A stretch of DNA of 64,000 bases, from contig AP026138.1 in assembly GCA_030295235.1 (NCBI GenBank), positions 124,001 to 188,000 on the forward strand. The letters run 5' to 3'. Shown here one piece after another: positions 12,815 to 23,765 of the stretch. The DNA comes from Fistulifera solaris. Taxonomy: Eukaryota. Within the stretch, counting starts at the first letter, position 1. Each line of letters opens with the position of its first letter. The position numbers and the translations under genes are program-made. The notes under the pieces were generated by a model. It did no database searches, was not told the DNA's origin, and was given only the letters and a program-made list of their open reading frames with translations.

Positions 12815-13892
12815 ATTGAATAGTTGTAGAATCATTTCAAACCACTTGTTTGGATTACTTTCGAAGCTCCGTTATCGTGACGCACGTCGATTGGGCTGGC
12901 CGCTAGAAAGAATTTGTCGATGATTCGGTCGCATAGATTGCTGCTATTATTTATTCCCGTTGATTTTAGCTCAGTTACCGATCACTGACACGAAATTATC
13001 GTCATTACACTTGATCACCTAAGCTTCTGTAAAGTATGATAATCATGGTTTTGCTGGGTGCCTCATGAAATGTATTTTGATTCAATAGTTCGCAGTCCCA
13101 GACGCTGTTTCAAGAAGCATGTGTTACTCGAGGTCGCGGCTTCAATACAGTAGGCTACTAGTAGAGCTATCAGAGGCTATAATGAGCTCGTGACTTCTCT
13201 CTTTTGACGACTAAAGACTCAAGAAATTGACTGACTACGGAGAACTGTAACGAAAAAGACTCCATCTTCTCGCGTTATGAGTCAAAATCCAGTCCTTGGG
13301 ATCTTTCGTACATGTCAGGAGTAAAATCGCTTACAATATCTTCTTTTGCGTTCGACTATTGCAGTGATGATGGACCAAATCGAAGGTCTTCCACCATCTC
13401 TTTGCCAGAAGTGGCTCATTGTCACATCGTGCATGACTGATTCGAAGCCCAATCAAAGTAAGAGAGAACAACAAGTTCAATCACATTTGGCGAGACAATG
13501 GTACATGGCCTATGTGTCGCCGTAGGTACCCATGTCATCAATTGTTGACCGTCAAGAAAACTTTTTACATTTTGTGATTCGGGCCCCAAAGGGCCAATCC
13601 GTGGCCCTACAAATGATACGGAAGGCAGAAACGTCCATCTTTTTCATGGGCTTGGAAGAACCGACAGCTTGAAGCATCCGGTAGAGCTTGACAAATAATT
13701 CGATAGTTTGACTGTGCCTCGAAGCTCGAGGAGCCTTTCCGAAGACGAAAAAGAACTAAGAAACGACAAATCACGCAGTCGGAAAACCTGTTATTGAGAC
13801 TCCATGCTTCGACACAACAGGCCTGCACCTGCACACCTTACATCATTATTAAAATGAAATCATGAACACTTTTTCTGGTCCCTCCAGTATGT

Positions 13893-13988
13893 GCTCCTAT
13901 AGCTCAGTTGGCAGAGCGTACGTCTCATAATCCTGAACTCTAAGAGTGCGCAAGCGTAAGGCCGGCAGTTCGATCCTGTCTGGGAGCA
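13893..13988 (+). tRNA. tRNA-Met (CAT), elongator type, with ~23-nt intron after position 37
   Basis: Acceptor stem GCTCCTA/TGGGAGC+A; D-arm TAGCTCAGTTGGCAGAGC (A box); anticodon stem TACGT/GCGTA with loop CT-CAT-A, then the intron; T-arm GGCAG-TTCGATC-CTGTC (B box). G1-C72 and the TTC T-loop indicate elongator rather than initiator. Confidence 0.93.
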
Positions 13989-13995
13989 TTTTTTT
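13989..13995 (+). terminator. Pol III oligo-T terminator
   Basis: T7 run immediately after the tRNA discriminator base. Confidence 0.8.
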
Positions 13996-14362
13996 GGTTT
14001 TTATGCGCAATGATTTTTACAAGAGGCGTGCTTTTGTATTTTGCAAGTTTTCTCTTGTTTACCAGGTAGTCTTTTTATACTGGACACAATCCTAAACATT
14101 TATTCGTAATTTCCTAAAGTCCGAATGAATTTTCTCATTCGACAGAATCCACTGTTTTTTCCTTTTGTCACAAATATCCCGGTTCCCGGTTCCGATCAGG
14201 GTGCTTGTCGGAAGTCTCTCCGTGACAGAATATGTACACTTAAAGCTTATATGACATGATTTTTACCGATAACGTTGAACTCCTACAGAACTGTATCAAC
14301 AAACATCCGGTTTTTAATCACGTTTTATCTCCTAAATAAAAATTTGGTTCATTCCTATGTAA

Positions 14363-15486
14363 TTATCCTTGTTGGCGTAGAGAGAGATTTCTCACTGTAG
14401 AGAGAAATTTCTCACTATAGAGAGAAATTGCTCTCTCAAAAGTGCATTTTTCTCCCTATAGAGAGAAATTGCTCTCTATAAAGAGAAATATCTCTCTAGC
14501 TCGATTGAGTAAGTAACGAAACTCAACAGCAATAACACGCTTTTCAATTAAGGTTTTTGCGTTTCAACGGAATCCGACGCAAACTCTCATCGCTCATCGC
14601 TCATCGCGTTCACATAATTCACAACACTCGCAAATCTCACTCGTTCAATCTTTTTATTTAGAAAAAGGCCCATTTAGACTATCCAAACAAGATAATCTTG
14701 AAAAATATCTATTGGGAATTCATAGGCAAATGCTGGTTCATGAAATCAGTGCGAAATGTAGATTGGGTTCTTTGACGGGCTCTCACACCGACGGCTCGTG
14801 GATGCGACCGTGAGTTTTCTATCGACCCAGCATCCAAAGCCAACAGGATAGACCTCTTGTTGGTCCTTTCCTTTCTTCTTTGCAGCAGCGTAACGTTCTT
14901 TCTCCCACTCCTTCGGTCAAAGAATCTTCTGGCTCTAAAGCTGCAATTTTTTCGAGTAAGAATCAAGTATTGCTGCTGATAAACGAAGCAGCCCCGGACC
15001 GCGTAAATTTGCCAGACTTCAGTCAGCATGGAAACAACACGCTTTGTTCAAGATGAGCCTCGGATCAAAAGTGCGCTTGTCACAATAAAACAATGGTGGT
15101 GGTGGTGAAATTGGCTCGTCGTAACCAGCACATGAAGCCAAGAATGGCACTCGGCCTGCAAACGCGCCATCCTTCTTTCCAGAGCTAAGCCCCAACAATC
15201 CTGTTGAAGGAGGTTGATTGATAATAAGTAATTAGAAGTGTTTGTGTAACTCCGAAGCCTTGTTTTTGTGTTGCGGTCGATTGCGGTCGCGATGAGAATT
15301 TTCGGTGATGCTTCATTTTTGGAAAAATCATAACCTTAATTGAAACCACAAGTAAGACACGGTTAAAATTTTGAAAGAGAGATTTTTCTCACTATAGAGA
15401 GAAAATGCTCTCTTGAGGGAGCATTTCTCTCTATAGAGAGAAATTTTTCTGTAGCTAATAAAGTACCAACACGTTTTAAGGGCTAA
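14363..15486. mobile_element. Probable non-autonomous (internally deleted) DNA transposon with long imperfect TIRs containing palindromic ~20-bp subrepeats
   Basis: Arrays of ~TATAGAGAGAAATTTCTCAC at 14377-14498 and 15374-15452 align in inverted orientation. Inner inverted matches are TTTCAATTAAGGTT (14542-14555) / AACCTTAATTGAAA (15332-15345) and AAACTCTCATCGC (14581) / GCGATGAGAATTT (15289). There is no intact transposase ORF and the exact termini are uncertain. Confidence 0.7.
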
Positions 15487-15949
15487 GTAATTTAACCGTT
15501 TCGAACGCTCAAAGTAAACATTTATCGCCGATAGCTATTTTTACTGTTACAATAAATTATATCAATACGACATGAATGCCCTCTATTCTGAAACCGGTCG
15601 GACGTAGCAGTTTCCGCCAAGCTCCCTGGCACTTTGCCGAGTGAGTTCTAGGACTTGAAAGTCCTAGTGCTAGTGGAGGGCAAGTCCAGAACCCGTAGTT
15701 GCTTGTCTAGCTAGAGTTTGAAGCCATTTTTTCGCCGGCCGTGTTCTTTTTTTTTGCTGGCTTCTAGGTCGCTACCAATAGTATTAGGGTTAAGGCTTGG
15801 GGTGTCTGGTGTCTCACCGCGTGTCCTCTCCAAACGTTTTTATTGCAAGCGGTTGTTGCAACCATCCATCTTCAACAACACGAAACGTATCGGCATCCTT
15901 GTGATCTACATTCGATTGTAATTAAATACAACCATTATCAGAAAGAAAA

Positions 15950-17253
15950 ATGGTTTCTTATCGATTTCTAGAATTTTTAACGGCAAGTCTTCTCGCCAGC
16001 CCCGGCGCGGCCTTTGTGGTTCCTTCTTCCAAGCAATCTTCGTCGTTAAAAGCCGTCGCCAAGAAGGATTCGTATGCGGTGACACTTCTTCCCGGTGACG
16101 GCATCGGTCCCGAAATTACGGCCGCCACCAAGCAAGTCGTGCAAGCACTCGCGACGCGCTGCAACTTTCGTATCGAATGGAAGGAAGCATTGATTGGCGG
16201 AGCCGCCATTGATGCGAAAAATGATCCCTTTCCCCAAGAATCGTTAGAACAGTGCTTGGCTTCGGATTCGGTCTTATTGGCGTGTATTGGTGGCTACAAA
16301 TGGGACAAGAATCCTCGGGAATTGCGTCCCGAAACGGGTCTTTTGAAAATGCGCAAAGAAATGGGTCTCTTTGCCAATTTGCGACCGGCCAAAGTGTTGC
16401 CGCAATTGATCGACGCTTCCACGCTGAAGAGAGAAATTGTTGAAGGTGTCGATGTCATGGTGGTACGAGAATTGACGGGTGATGTGTATTTTGGCACCCC
16501 GAAGGGTATTGATATTGTCAATGGTACGTTCGGAAGGCGTGTGTGTTGCAGACTAGTTGAAGAATACGGTTCGACTGATTCACTTCTCTTTGTTTCCAAA
16601 CAGGTCAACGGGTCGGCTACAACAACATGATTTACTCCGAATCCGAAATTGATCGCATTGCTCGTGTCGCGGGAGATGTCGCCAGCAAACGGGGCGGGAA
16701 ACTCTGCAGTGTCGACAAGGCCAACGTTTTGGATGTCAGTCAATTGTGGCGGGATGTGGTGACCGATGTCATTACGAAAGACTTTCCCGACGTCCAATTG
16801 AGCCACATGTACGTCGACAACGCTGCCATGCAATTGATTCGCTGGCCCAAACAGTTTGATACCATTGTGTGCGGTAACATTTTTGGGGATATCTTGTCGG
16901 ACGAAGCTTCCATGTTGGTCGGTAGTTTGGGCATGTTGCCGTCGGCGTCGATTGGTGAGTCGGGACCAGGAGTCTTTGAACCGTGTCACGGATCGGCACC
17001 CGATATTGCGGGTCAAGACAAGGCCAACCCGTTGGCGATGATTTTGTCGGCGGCCATGATGTTGCAATACGATTTGGATCGTCCGGAGGAAGCGGCCTTG
17101 CTAGAAAAGGCTGTCGAAGCCGCTTTGGATGCCGGAGTTCGTACTCCGGATTTGAAACAAGAAAATGATGGTTGCAAAGTAGTGGGATGTGCCGAAATGG
17201 GCGAGATTGTGGCGAAATTGGTGGCGGAAATTGATGTTGATATTAAGGTTTAA
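15950..17253 (+). CDS. leuB: 3-isopropylmalate dehydrogenase, plastid-targeted
   Basis: Signal peptide with ASAF-like cleavage (GAA-FVVP). Motifs [51 protein letters not shown] and [16 protein letters not shown] intron 16524-16603 restores [12 protein letters not shown]. Confidence 0.96.
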
Positions 17254-17546
17254 GGGTATCTGTCTGTCCTTCGTAGGTTTAATTATTGAGCGGATGATGA
17301 GATGATTCATTCGTGTTTGCGTTCTGAGTCCCGACCGTTGGGTTTGTACTTTGTACTTTAGAACCGATATTACAGATTGGAGGGAGTTTTTGCGGTGGAA
17401 AGAGACGAACGAAGAGAGGTCGCCGCCTTTTGTGAGAATAGAAGGACTGGATGGAGACTTATTATGATTGAAAACATCATGCTTCCTAGAAGAGACCGAA
17501 GATTACAAATTAGGTGCTAAAGCGAGGGCGAAGGGGAAAGAAAAGC

Positions 17547-20500
17547 ATGGTAGGACCGGGCACGAAACGCCCACGGGGCGAACGTAGTGCATTTGCCCAT
17601 CGCCTTCTTTCCGTAGTGGGCTTCGATTCATTGCTTCATCGCCAGGATCATCTTTCTAGGCTCTCGGAAAAGTTTCAGTCGCCCGACACAACCTTGGACA
17701 CGTCTTGGGATCAGTCGTTTGAGACACGTCGATCGTATTCTTCTCGAACAAGAAGAAGCAAACAACTTCAGCACCATCATCATCAACAACAACGCACTAC
17801 TTTACAGAAGGAGGATGATGTCATTATACCCCAAATTCAGAGACTTCCTATGCGATTCTTTCCGACTACTACGCCGGCATTAAATAAGCAAAAAGAGAGC
17901 ATCCGTTGATACAAGCAACACGGAAAGGAGGCCCGCCGATATCCAGCAAAAATGACTCGAGCAAGAACGATGAGTCGAATGATACTCTGGATTTCGTACA
18001 TCCATCTCAGCACGAACAAGAATCGATCCTGCACCACATTAATGATGCACACTCCGATTTTACCGGAGCACCCACAGAAATCATTCACAACCGGAATCGT
18101 GACAACATTTTCCGTGATCTCATTCAGCAACCTACCATCCCTTACGATCCGCCACCGCAAAGAGAGGAGGAAGATTCCGCGCATTCTTGGTCTGCTTCCA
18201 CAATACCCGCCACGAAAGCCATTTTTCGTCCCCGCCCTGACAAAAGCGCTTTTCTTCATCCATGGCAACGAAAGGAACTACCTTTGTCGTCATCGAGCTC
18301 ATCGATACGGAATAAATGCAGCACCGAGACACCGGATCCCGTCTTTTGTTCCCATCCAGACTACTCATCGCCATCAACAAGAGGAGATTCGTTTGGTTCC
18401 GATTATGTTTCGACGACTGCCTTTCGCGATGAGCGGAGCAAGGAAGACGAGTCGGCTCACTCCGCACGGACGTTACACCGAAATGGTTCTGACGATGCTG
18501 TTGTAGTGAATTCGCTGGACCAGACAAACAGAGATTTGACCGGAGAAAATGATTTGGTGCCTGTCACACGGGCAGGCTGGAGATGGCCACCGAGTCGAAC
18601 GGCCGATGACCGTGTTTTACCGAAAACGGAGAAATCGAATGAATCATCGTACGGTCGGAGTCAGTCGCTTATGGTTCATAACAAACACATGCATAATAAT
18701 AACAATTTCCAAGCGGCAGAAAGGAAACCTGCAACAAAGAAATGGAATGTGGATCGTGGCAGTGGTATTCCGACTACGAACACACTGTCATCTTTCTTGA
18801 ATAAAGACTCTGCAGAAATAACACCTTTGGGGGTCAAAAGCGTGCGAGCCAAGTTTGAAAATTGGACCAGAGCATCGCAACATGAGATTGACAGCGACGA
18901 TGGAGGAAGTGTCAAAAGCTTGAGAGAATTGTTCGAGAAGGGTATTGATGCTCAGGAAGAAGACGATGATGACGACGATAGTGGAAGTGTTCAAAGCCTC
19001 AAAGAGAAATTTGAAAAGCCTCGCGGTCAGACAGAAATGAAAACCGACGTGAAGAAGCTAGCTGCATTGTTTGAATCGAAACAGAAAAGCCGTGTGAATA
19101 AACGATTTGATGGTGAAAACGTTGCTGTCAAAAAGGCGTATTCCAAGTTTGAAGAGCTGCACGCGAAATCCAAACGGGCTACGGCCAGGTCTTTCGAGAA
19201 AACAATGAAAACATGTACAGAGGAGCCTGTAGAAAAGAAATCGGATTTTGTTGGTTGTCGGCCGAAACCAGAAATCAATGACATTGAAGTGGAAGAGGCG
19301 CGTTTGCCTCGTGTGTCGGTGGCAGATCGGGTTAGAGCATTCAGCAATGCGAATAGTGGAAAAGCCACCTTGAGTCGCGTTCCGGTGAAACGATTCGCTG
19401 CGACAAATTCACACATCGTAGAGAAGTCGAGAATCACTCAGCAAGAGCATAACAACCATACTATCTACGAAAAGTTGGACCGCCAGGCACCGGTGGTAGA
19501 TGACTCGTCAGACTTACGCATTTTGACAGATGTTCATTCCGGAGAGCACAATTCATCAATTACAATGGATGTTATCGGTAAAGACGGCGGTCCGCAAACT
19601 CAGGAGGTACCAGTTCCCGGCACCAGTTTCCCTACGCAGCAATCAGTAGCTCAGTCGCGATCCTTCCGGGCCAATAGGGGAAGTGGCAGCATTTATTCAC
19701 AAACCTTGGGAACTTACACTAGCCCGAAATCGGGCCCGTTAAAATCGGAACCTAGCTTCGATTCTGCAACGTCTCCTTTGAAGGCGAAATCCACAGTTTT
19801 GACAACTCAACACGAACGCTCAAAGGCGCCTGTTCCTCAACCCATTATTGTTAACGACGAAATCAATGGAAATAAGACTTCCGGAGGCTCTCAATTCGCG
19901 AGAAGTCCAGCCAAGGAAACACCTTCCGCCAAATTGGATGCCAAACCTACGAGACAAATCGCTCCGGGCCCCAATAAGCGCACACTTCTGGATCCAGTGA
20001 AGTACACCAAATCTCTTTCCAGTGATCCGCTCCTTATGGTACGACGAATGGTCAAAAGCAAAGGTTCGAGTTTACCTTTCAATACAGTGAAGCGAAATTT
20101 AAAGAGCAGCAACAAAGGATGCGACGACTTCTCGGATGCTGTCACACTTGATGCATCCATTGCGGAATTGTCGAATATAACAGTGTCCTCCGTTTTGGCA
20201 TGTAGTGATGAGCGTGATACCAATGTCAAAGATCGAAGCGGGTCATCAACAGCAGAGAAGCATACATCGACCATCGATCAATCATCGGAGATTTGCACGC
20301 CCTTGCGCAAAAACGCGGAACATGAAAATCAGATTTCGAAAGATAGAGACAGTGGTATTGTTTTAGCTCGGCGTGCGACCCCAACAAGTTATAGTTTTGG
20401 CACCAGCAACGATAGACAAGAAGCACAAAAACATTCTAAGGCAAGCACCGCCATACCCGTCATCACTCCTCGCACCTTTCCGAAGATCAACAATATGTAT

Positions 20501-21217
20501 CCGACTTCAGAGGACAGCAAGGATGATACTATTTGGGATTCCGGGTGGAACCTAGAGCAAATTGTGGCTTCTTTTCCGGACACCAATACCTCCGGCACGG
20601 ATATCTTTGAGTTCGATTCCGAATGGCAATCATCGCCTTCGCGTGAAACAAGCAATCTTGATTGTGACAAATTACTCAGTAGCGAGACTGTGGTGAAACG
20701 AAGTCCAACGCGAATGTTGCAAGAATCGAAGTATGACTCTCTTTGTACCTCAAAAATACAGGCAGATCGAGTTTCGAGGATAGAGCGTTTGCTGGACAAA
20801 GACAAAGAGCTCCAAGGTTGCTTGAGTCAAACAATGCTCACAGAGGTTCCATCTACGACAATCCAGTTTTCTTCGGACCAGAAGAAACATTTACCTGTAT
20901 GGAAACGACGTTTAGGTAATTCGTCACCATCATCCACACGCACCATTCCGGATCGAAGCGGGCTACCTCCTCGGGACAAGGCAACGCCGTCCTCTGACAA
21001 CAATCACAAACAGTTCGACAACTTGATGAGTCGACTGGCAAAATTGAAGCAGACACGGAGAATGCGTGCGGCCTCGGCATATTCGGTCCCAGTAGCTCCT
21101 GCACCTCGGTCTGCAACCATCAACCTCTGCGCTGACCTGGATGATGTGTCCTCCAGCTCCTTTTCTTCCACTCATTTCGGAGGAAGTGCATTTATGGAAG
21201 CACTGGAAGTCGATTGA
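17547..21217 (+). CDS. Large Ser-rich low-complexity hypothetical protein with repeated xVxxLxxxFE motifs
   Basis: 1103-codon open frame. A probable N-terminus from ATG 17547 is joined via an A-run frameshift near 17890, so the start is uncertain. Confidence 0.7.
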
Positions 21218-21254
21218 ATCCATTCCTCCTCAACAACGCTAAAATAGAAAAAAG

Positions 21255-22064
21255 CTATTGTAGAATACAAACATTCCTAATTACGGTAAGAATTCCGTAT
21301 TTTTTCTCAAACGCCGCCGGGATCGGCGGCGTCAACGGTGCATCCATTTTGGCAAATTCCCCTTCACACCGTTCCACTTCTTCCACGACCGACAATGTCA
21401 CCCACAACACGCGTAAACTTTGCATGATAAGGGCTTTGGGTTGGGTCGGAGCAAAGAATTGCGAGCACGACTCCCAGACTTCCTGTCCCTTCCATTCCGA
21501 AGACCATTGTCGACGCCGGATCAAGACGGGTGCGGCCATTCCAAAGGTTTCCTGTATTTCTGTTGGAAAGGAATGAGGCAAATTCTTGTACTTCAGTGTT
21601 TGTAATGTAATATAGACAATTTGAATCCATTCATTCCGCAATTGTTCTTCTTCGGGCATCAAGGGCCGACCCGCGCCGGGCGTCGTTAGCGCGTTGATTT
21701 CTTGTATAAGTAAAGCCGGCGGGATACCTTGCACATAAGCGGATTGGACGGCCGCAATCATCAATTTGAGGACATCGACATAACCTTCCGCCAATTGCAG
21801 ACAAGCGGGTACGAACGAAAGATCGACCAGTTCGGCTATTTTCGATACAGTCAATTCTGGATTATCGCTGCGTTTCGCATCACTGGCGTCGGGTGATAGG
21901 AAAAGACGGGATGGTAAATGATGCTTTGACGGAGATTGTTGTGAAGTGAAGAGCACGGTTCGTTGCAAGGAAGGTGAATAAAGAGAGAATCCCTGACAGG
22001 ATCCTAGTATTGAGAGCGCCAGGAGACAGCCAGTCACCATGATTCTCGTGTACCGTTCCTTCAT
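21255..22064 (-). CDS. Hypothetical protein with probable bipartite plastid-targeting leader
   Basis: Hydrophobic signal (CLLALSILGSCQG-F) followed by a Ser-rich transit-like segment and a globular region (FVPACLQLAEGYVDVLKL; AGRPLMPEE). Confidence 0.7.
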   Translation of the reverse strand: MKERYTRIMVTGCLLALSILGSCQGFSLYSPSLQRTVLFTSQQSPSKHHLPSRLFLSPDASDAKRSDNPELTVSKIAELVDLSFVPACLQLAEGYVDVLKLMIAAVQSAYVQGIPPALLIQEINALTTPGAGRPLMPEEEQLRNEWIQIVYITLQTLKYKNLPHSFPTEIQETFGMAAPVLIRRRQWSSEWKGQEVWESCSQFFAPTQPKALIMQSLRVLWVTLSVVEEVERCEGEFAKMDAPLTPPIPAAFEKKYGILTVIRNVCILQ

Positions 22065-22380
22065 TTTGCGGGTTATCACAACAATCTCTCTTCTTTACTG
22101 TCTTAGTTGTTGCACTAGGATTTAAAGGCGATAGATGTAATGATGAGCGATGATAATCAAAATGCATTTGCTTCATTTTTTTTTGCTGCGCTGGAGTGTT
22201 GCATCCGTGAATGAATGGTCTCGAGTCGCGAATAAATTGCAGTTCTTGAGTTCTTGAGAGGACTGATGAGCAAGCAAACTTGGTAGCCTAAAAAGACAAA
22301 ATTTATTACGGTTGTTTTTGCCAAAACTAGAAGAAAATCTATAGGATCTAGGTCTCTAGCCATATGAACGCGCCTTTTCG

Positions 22381-23169
22381 CTACAGCAGTAACCCCACCA
22401 AAGTACCGACCCCGTACGCCAAGCCACCGCCGCATCCCGCAATGATCAAATTTTCCATGGCCGCCGTGGCCGCGTCGGTTCGCGTGGCCCACGTTTTGAC
22501 ACATCCAACGATGAGTAAGGCCGCAATCGTCAGTGCAGCTGCCGCAATTAAACCGATTTCGGGTCGATCAGCACTCCAGAAGAAAGGAACGACCGAAGGC
22601 AGTGATCCTGCTAAAAACAATAGACACGACATAATTCCCGCCCGTATCGGAGATCGTTCTTCCGAATCCAAAACACCAAATTCGAGTGCCTTCATAAGTT
22701 GCCACAGTGCCTGGGGATTGTCTCGATAATACTGCTTCACTTGTCGTTTCAGGGTCTCATCTTGTAAACCAATCAGACCCACCAAATCGTCCATCTCGGC
22801 CAACTCCTCATCCAATGCCTCATCAATATGCGTTTTCTCGAGCGCCAGTTCTCCCGCGATGACTTGATTTTGGGACTTGGTGGCCACGTATTCCCCGGCG
22901 CACATACTCACGGCGCCGGCCAAAGCACCGGCCATGGCCGTCAATAATATATCGCGCGAAGACATGCCGCCTCCAGCCACACCAGCCACCAGCAAGAACG
23001 TCGAGACCAAGCCGTCATTGACGCCGAGGATCATGTCTCTCCAATATTGTCGTGAGGCGCCCAAATGATCGATGCGGTGTCTTCTCATGGAGGATTCTGC
23101 AGAGTGTTGTGAAAGTAAAGCAATTGTTTCCTGTTTTTGAAAGGATGTGATATTCATTATTTGTGACAT
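22381..23169 (-). CDS. VIT1/CCC1 family vacuolar iron/manganese transporter
   Basis: RDMILGVNDGLVSTF, AGALAGAVSMCAGEYVATKSQ, a cytosolic Glu-rich domain, and SP..AGIMSCLLFLAGSLP with further TM helices. Confidence 0.92.
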   Translation of the reverse strand: MSQIMNITSFQKQETIALLSQHSAESSMRRHRIDHLGASRQYWRDMILGVNDGLVSTFLLVAGVAGGGMSSRDILLTAMAGALAGAVSMCAGEYVATKSQNQVIAGELALEKTHIDEALDEELAEMDDLVGLIGLQDETLKRQVKQYYRDNPQALWQLMKALEFGVLDSEERSPIRAGIMSCLLFLAGSLPSVVPFFWSADRPEIGLIAAAALTIAALLIVGCVKTWATRTDAATAAMENLIIAGCGGGLAYGVGTLVGLLL

Positions 23170-23765
23170 TATGTTACGGATTGGATGTTTCCTTCCTTCA
23201 CGTTGCGCTCGGGGGAAGTACGGTGTCACCACCAAATACTTCGGAGTAATGGAATGGGCTCAAAGCGAACGCTGGAAAATCACTCGGTTCGGTTTCTGTC
23301 CGTGAATGAATTATCCGTGTCTCACACGTCATTCCATCTTTGGGGATGTCGCTCAATGGGAGTATGTAGATTCAATGACATCTCGTCAACAAAATTTGTG
23401 GAAAGAAAGCGAATGAATTTCAAAGAAAATGTTTTGCTGGCCTGGCGGATAAATGCCAATGAGATGGTGAGATGTTCATGAATGTTAGCAATTTCGTTCA
23501 GTCACGCTAGTACACAATCCCTTGATTTGAATTTCCATCTTAAGAACAAGAAAAAGTCAACGGTACTGAACTTTAGAAACGAAATTTCTTCTTTCCTTAA
23601 GTACCCAAATTCTTCCGACCATCATCTGCTAAGTATTCAAACGTGTCGTTATATTTGCTATCACAAGCATTTTTCTACTTAGTTGACAACAAAAGTCCAG
23701 AACATTCGCCTCGTGTTTGGTGCAAAACTCCAACCAAACGCCAGAAAAACACCCGATCGAATGAA

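Noticed and set aside
12536..12923. Poly-Phe/Leu and poly-Arg/Lys ORFs
   Set aside because: These are alternative-frame and antisense readings of the PPAN acidic-tail microsatellite.
13364..13440. Possible C/D box snoRNA (GTGATGA...CTGA)
   Set aside because: There is no convincing terminal stem and no rRNA-complementary guide that I can recognise. A motif pair this short is expected by chance.
14377..14498. Regularly spaced palindromic repeats as a CRISPR array
   Set aside because: The units are contiguous with no unique spacers, the context is eukaryotic, there are no cas genes, and a mirror array lies ~900 bp away, which fits a TIR element.
14709..15029. 106-aa ORF inside the TIR element as a transposase
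   Set aside because: It is too short and has no DDE or zinc-finger motif. At best it is a decayed fragment.
16294..17067. 257-aa antisense ORF over leuB (and similar antisense ORFs over other genes)
   Set aside because: These are shadow ORFs caused by the codon bias of the real sense-strand genes.
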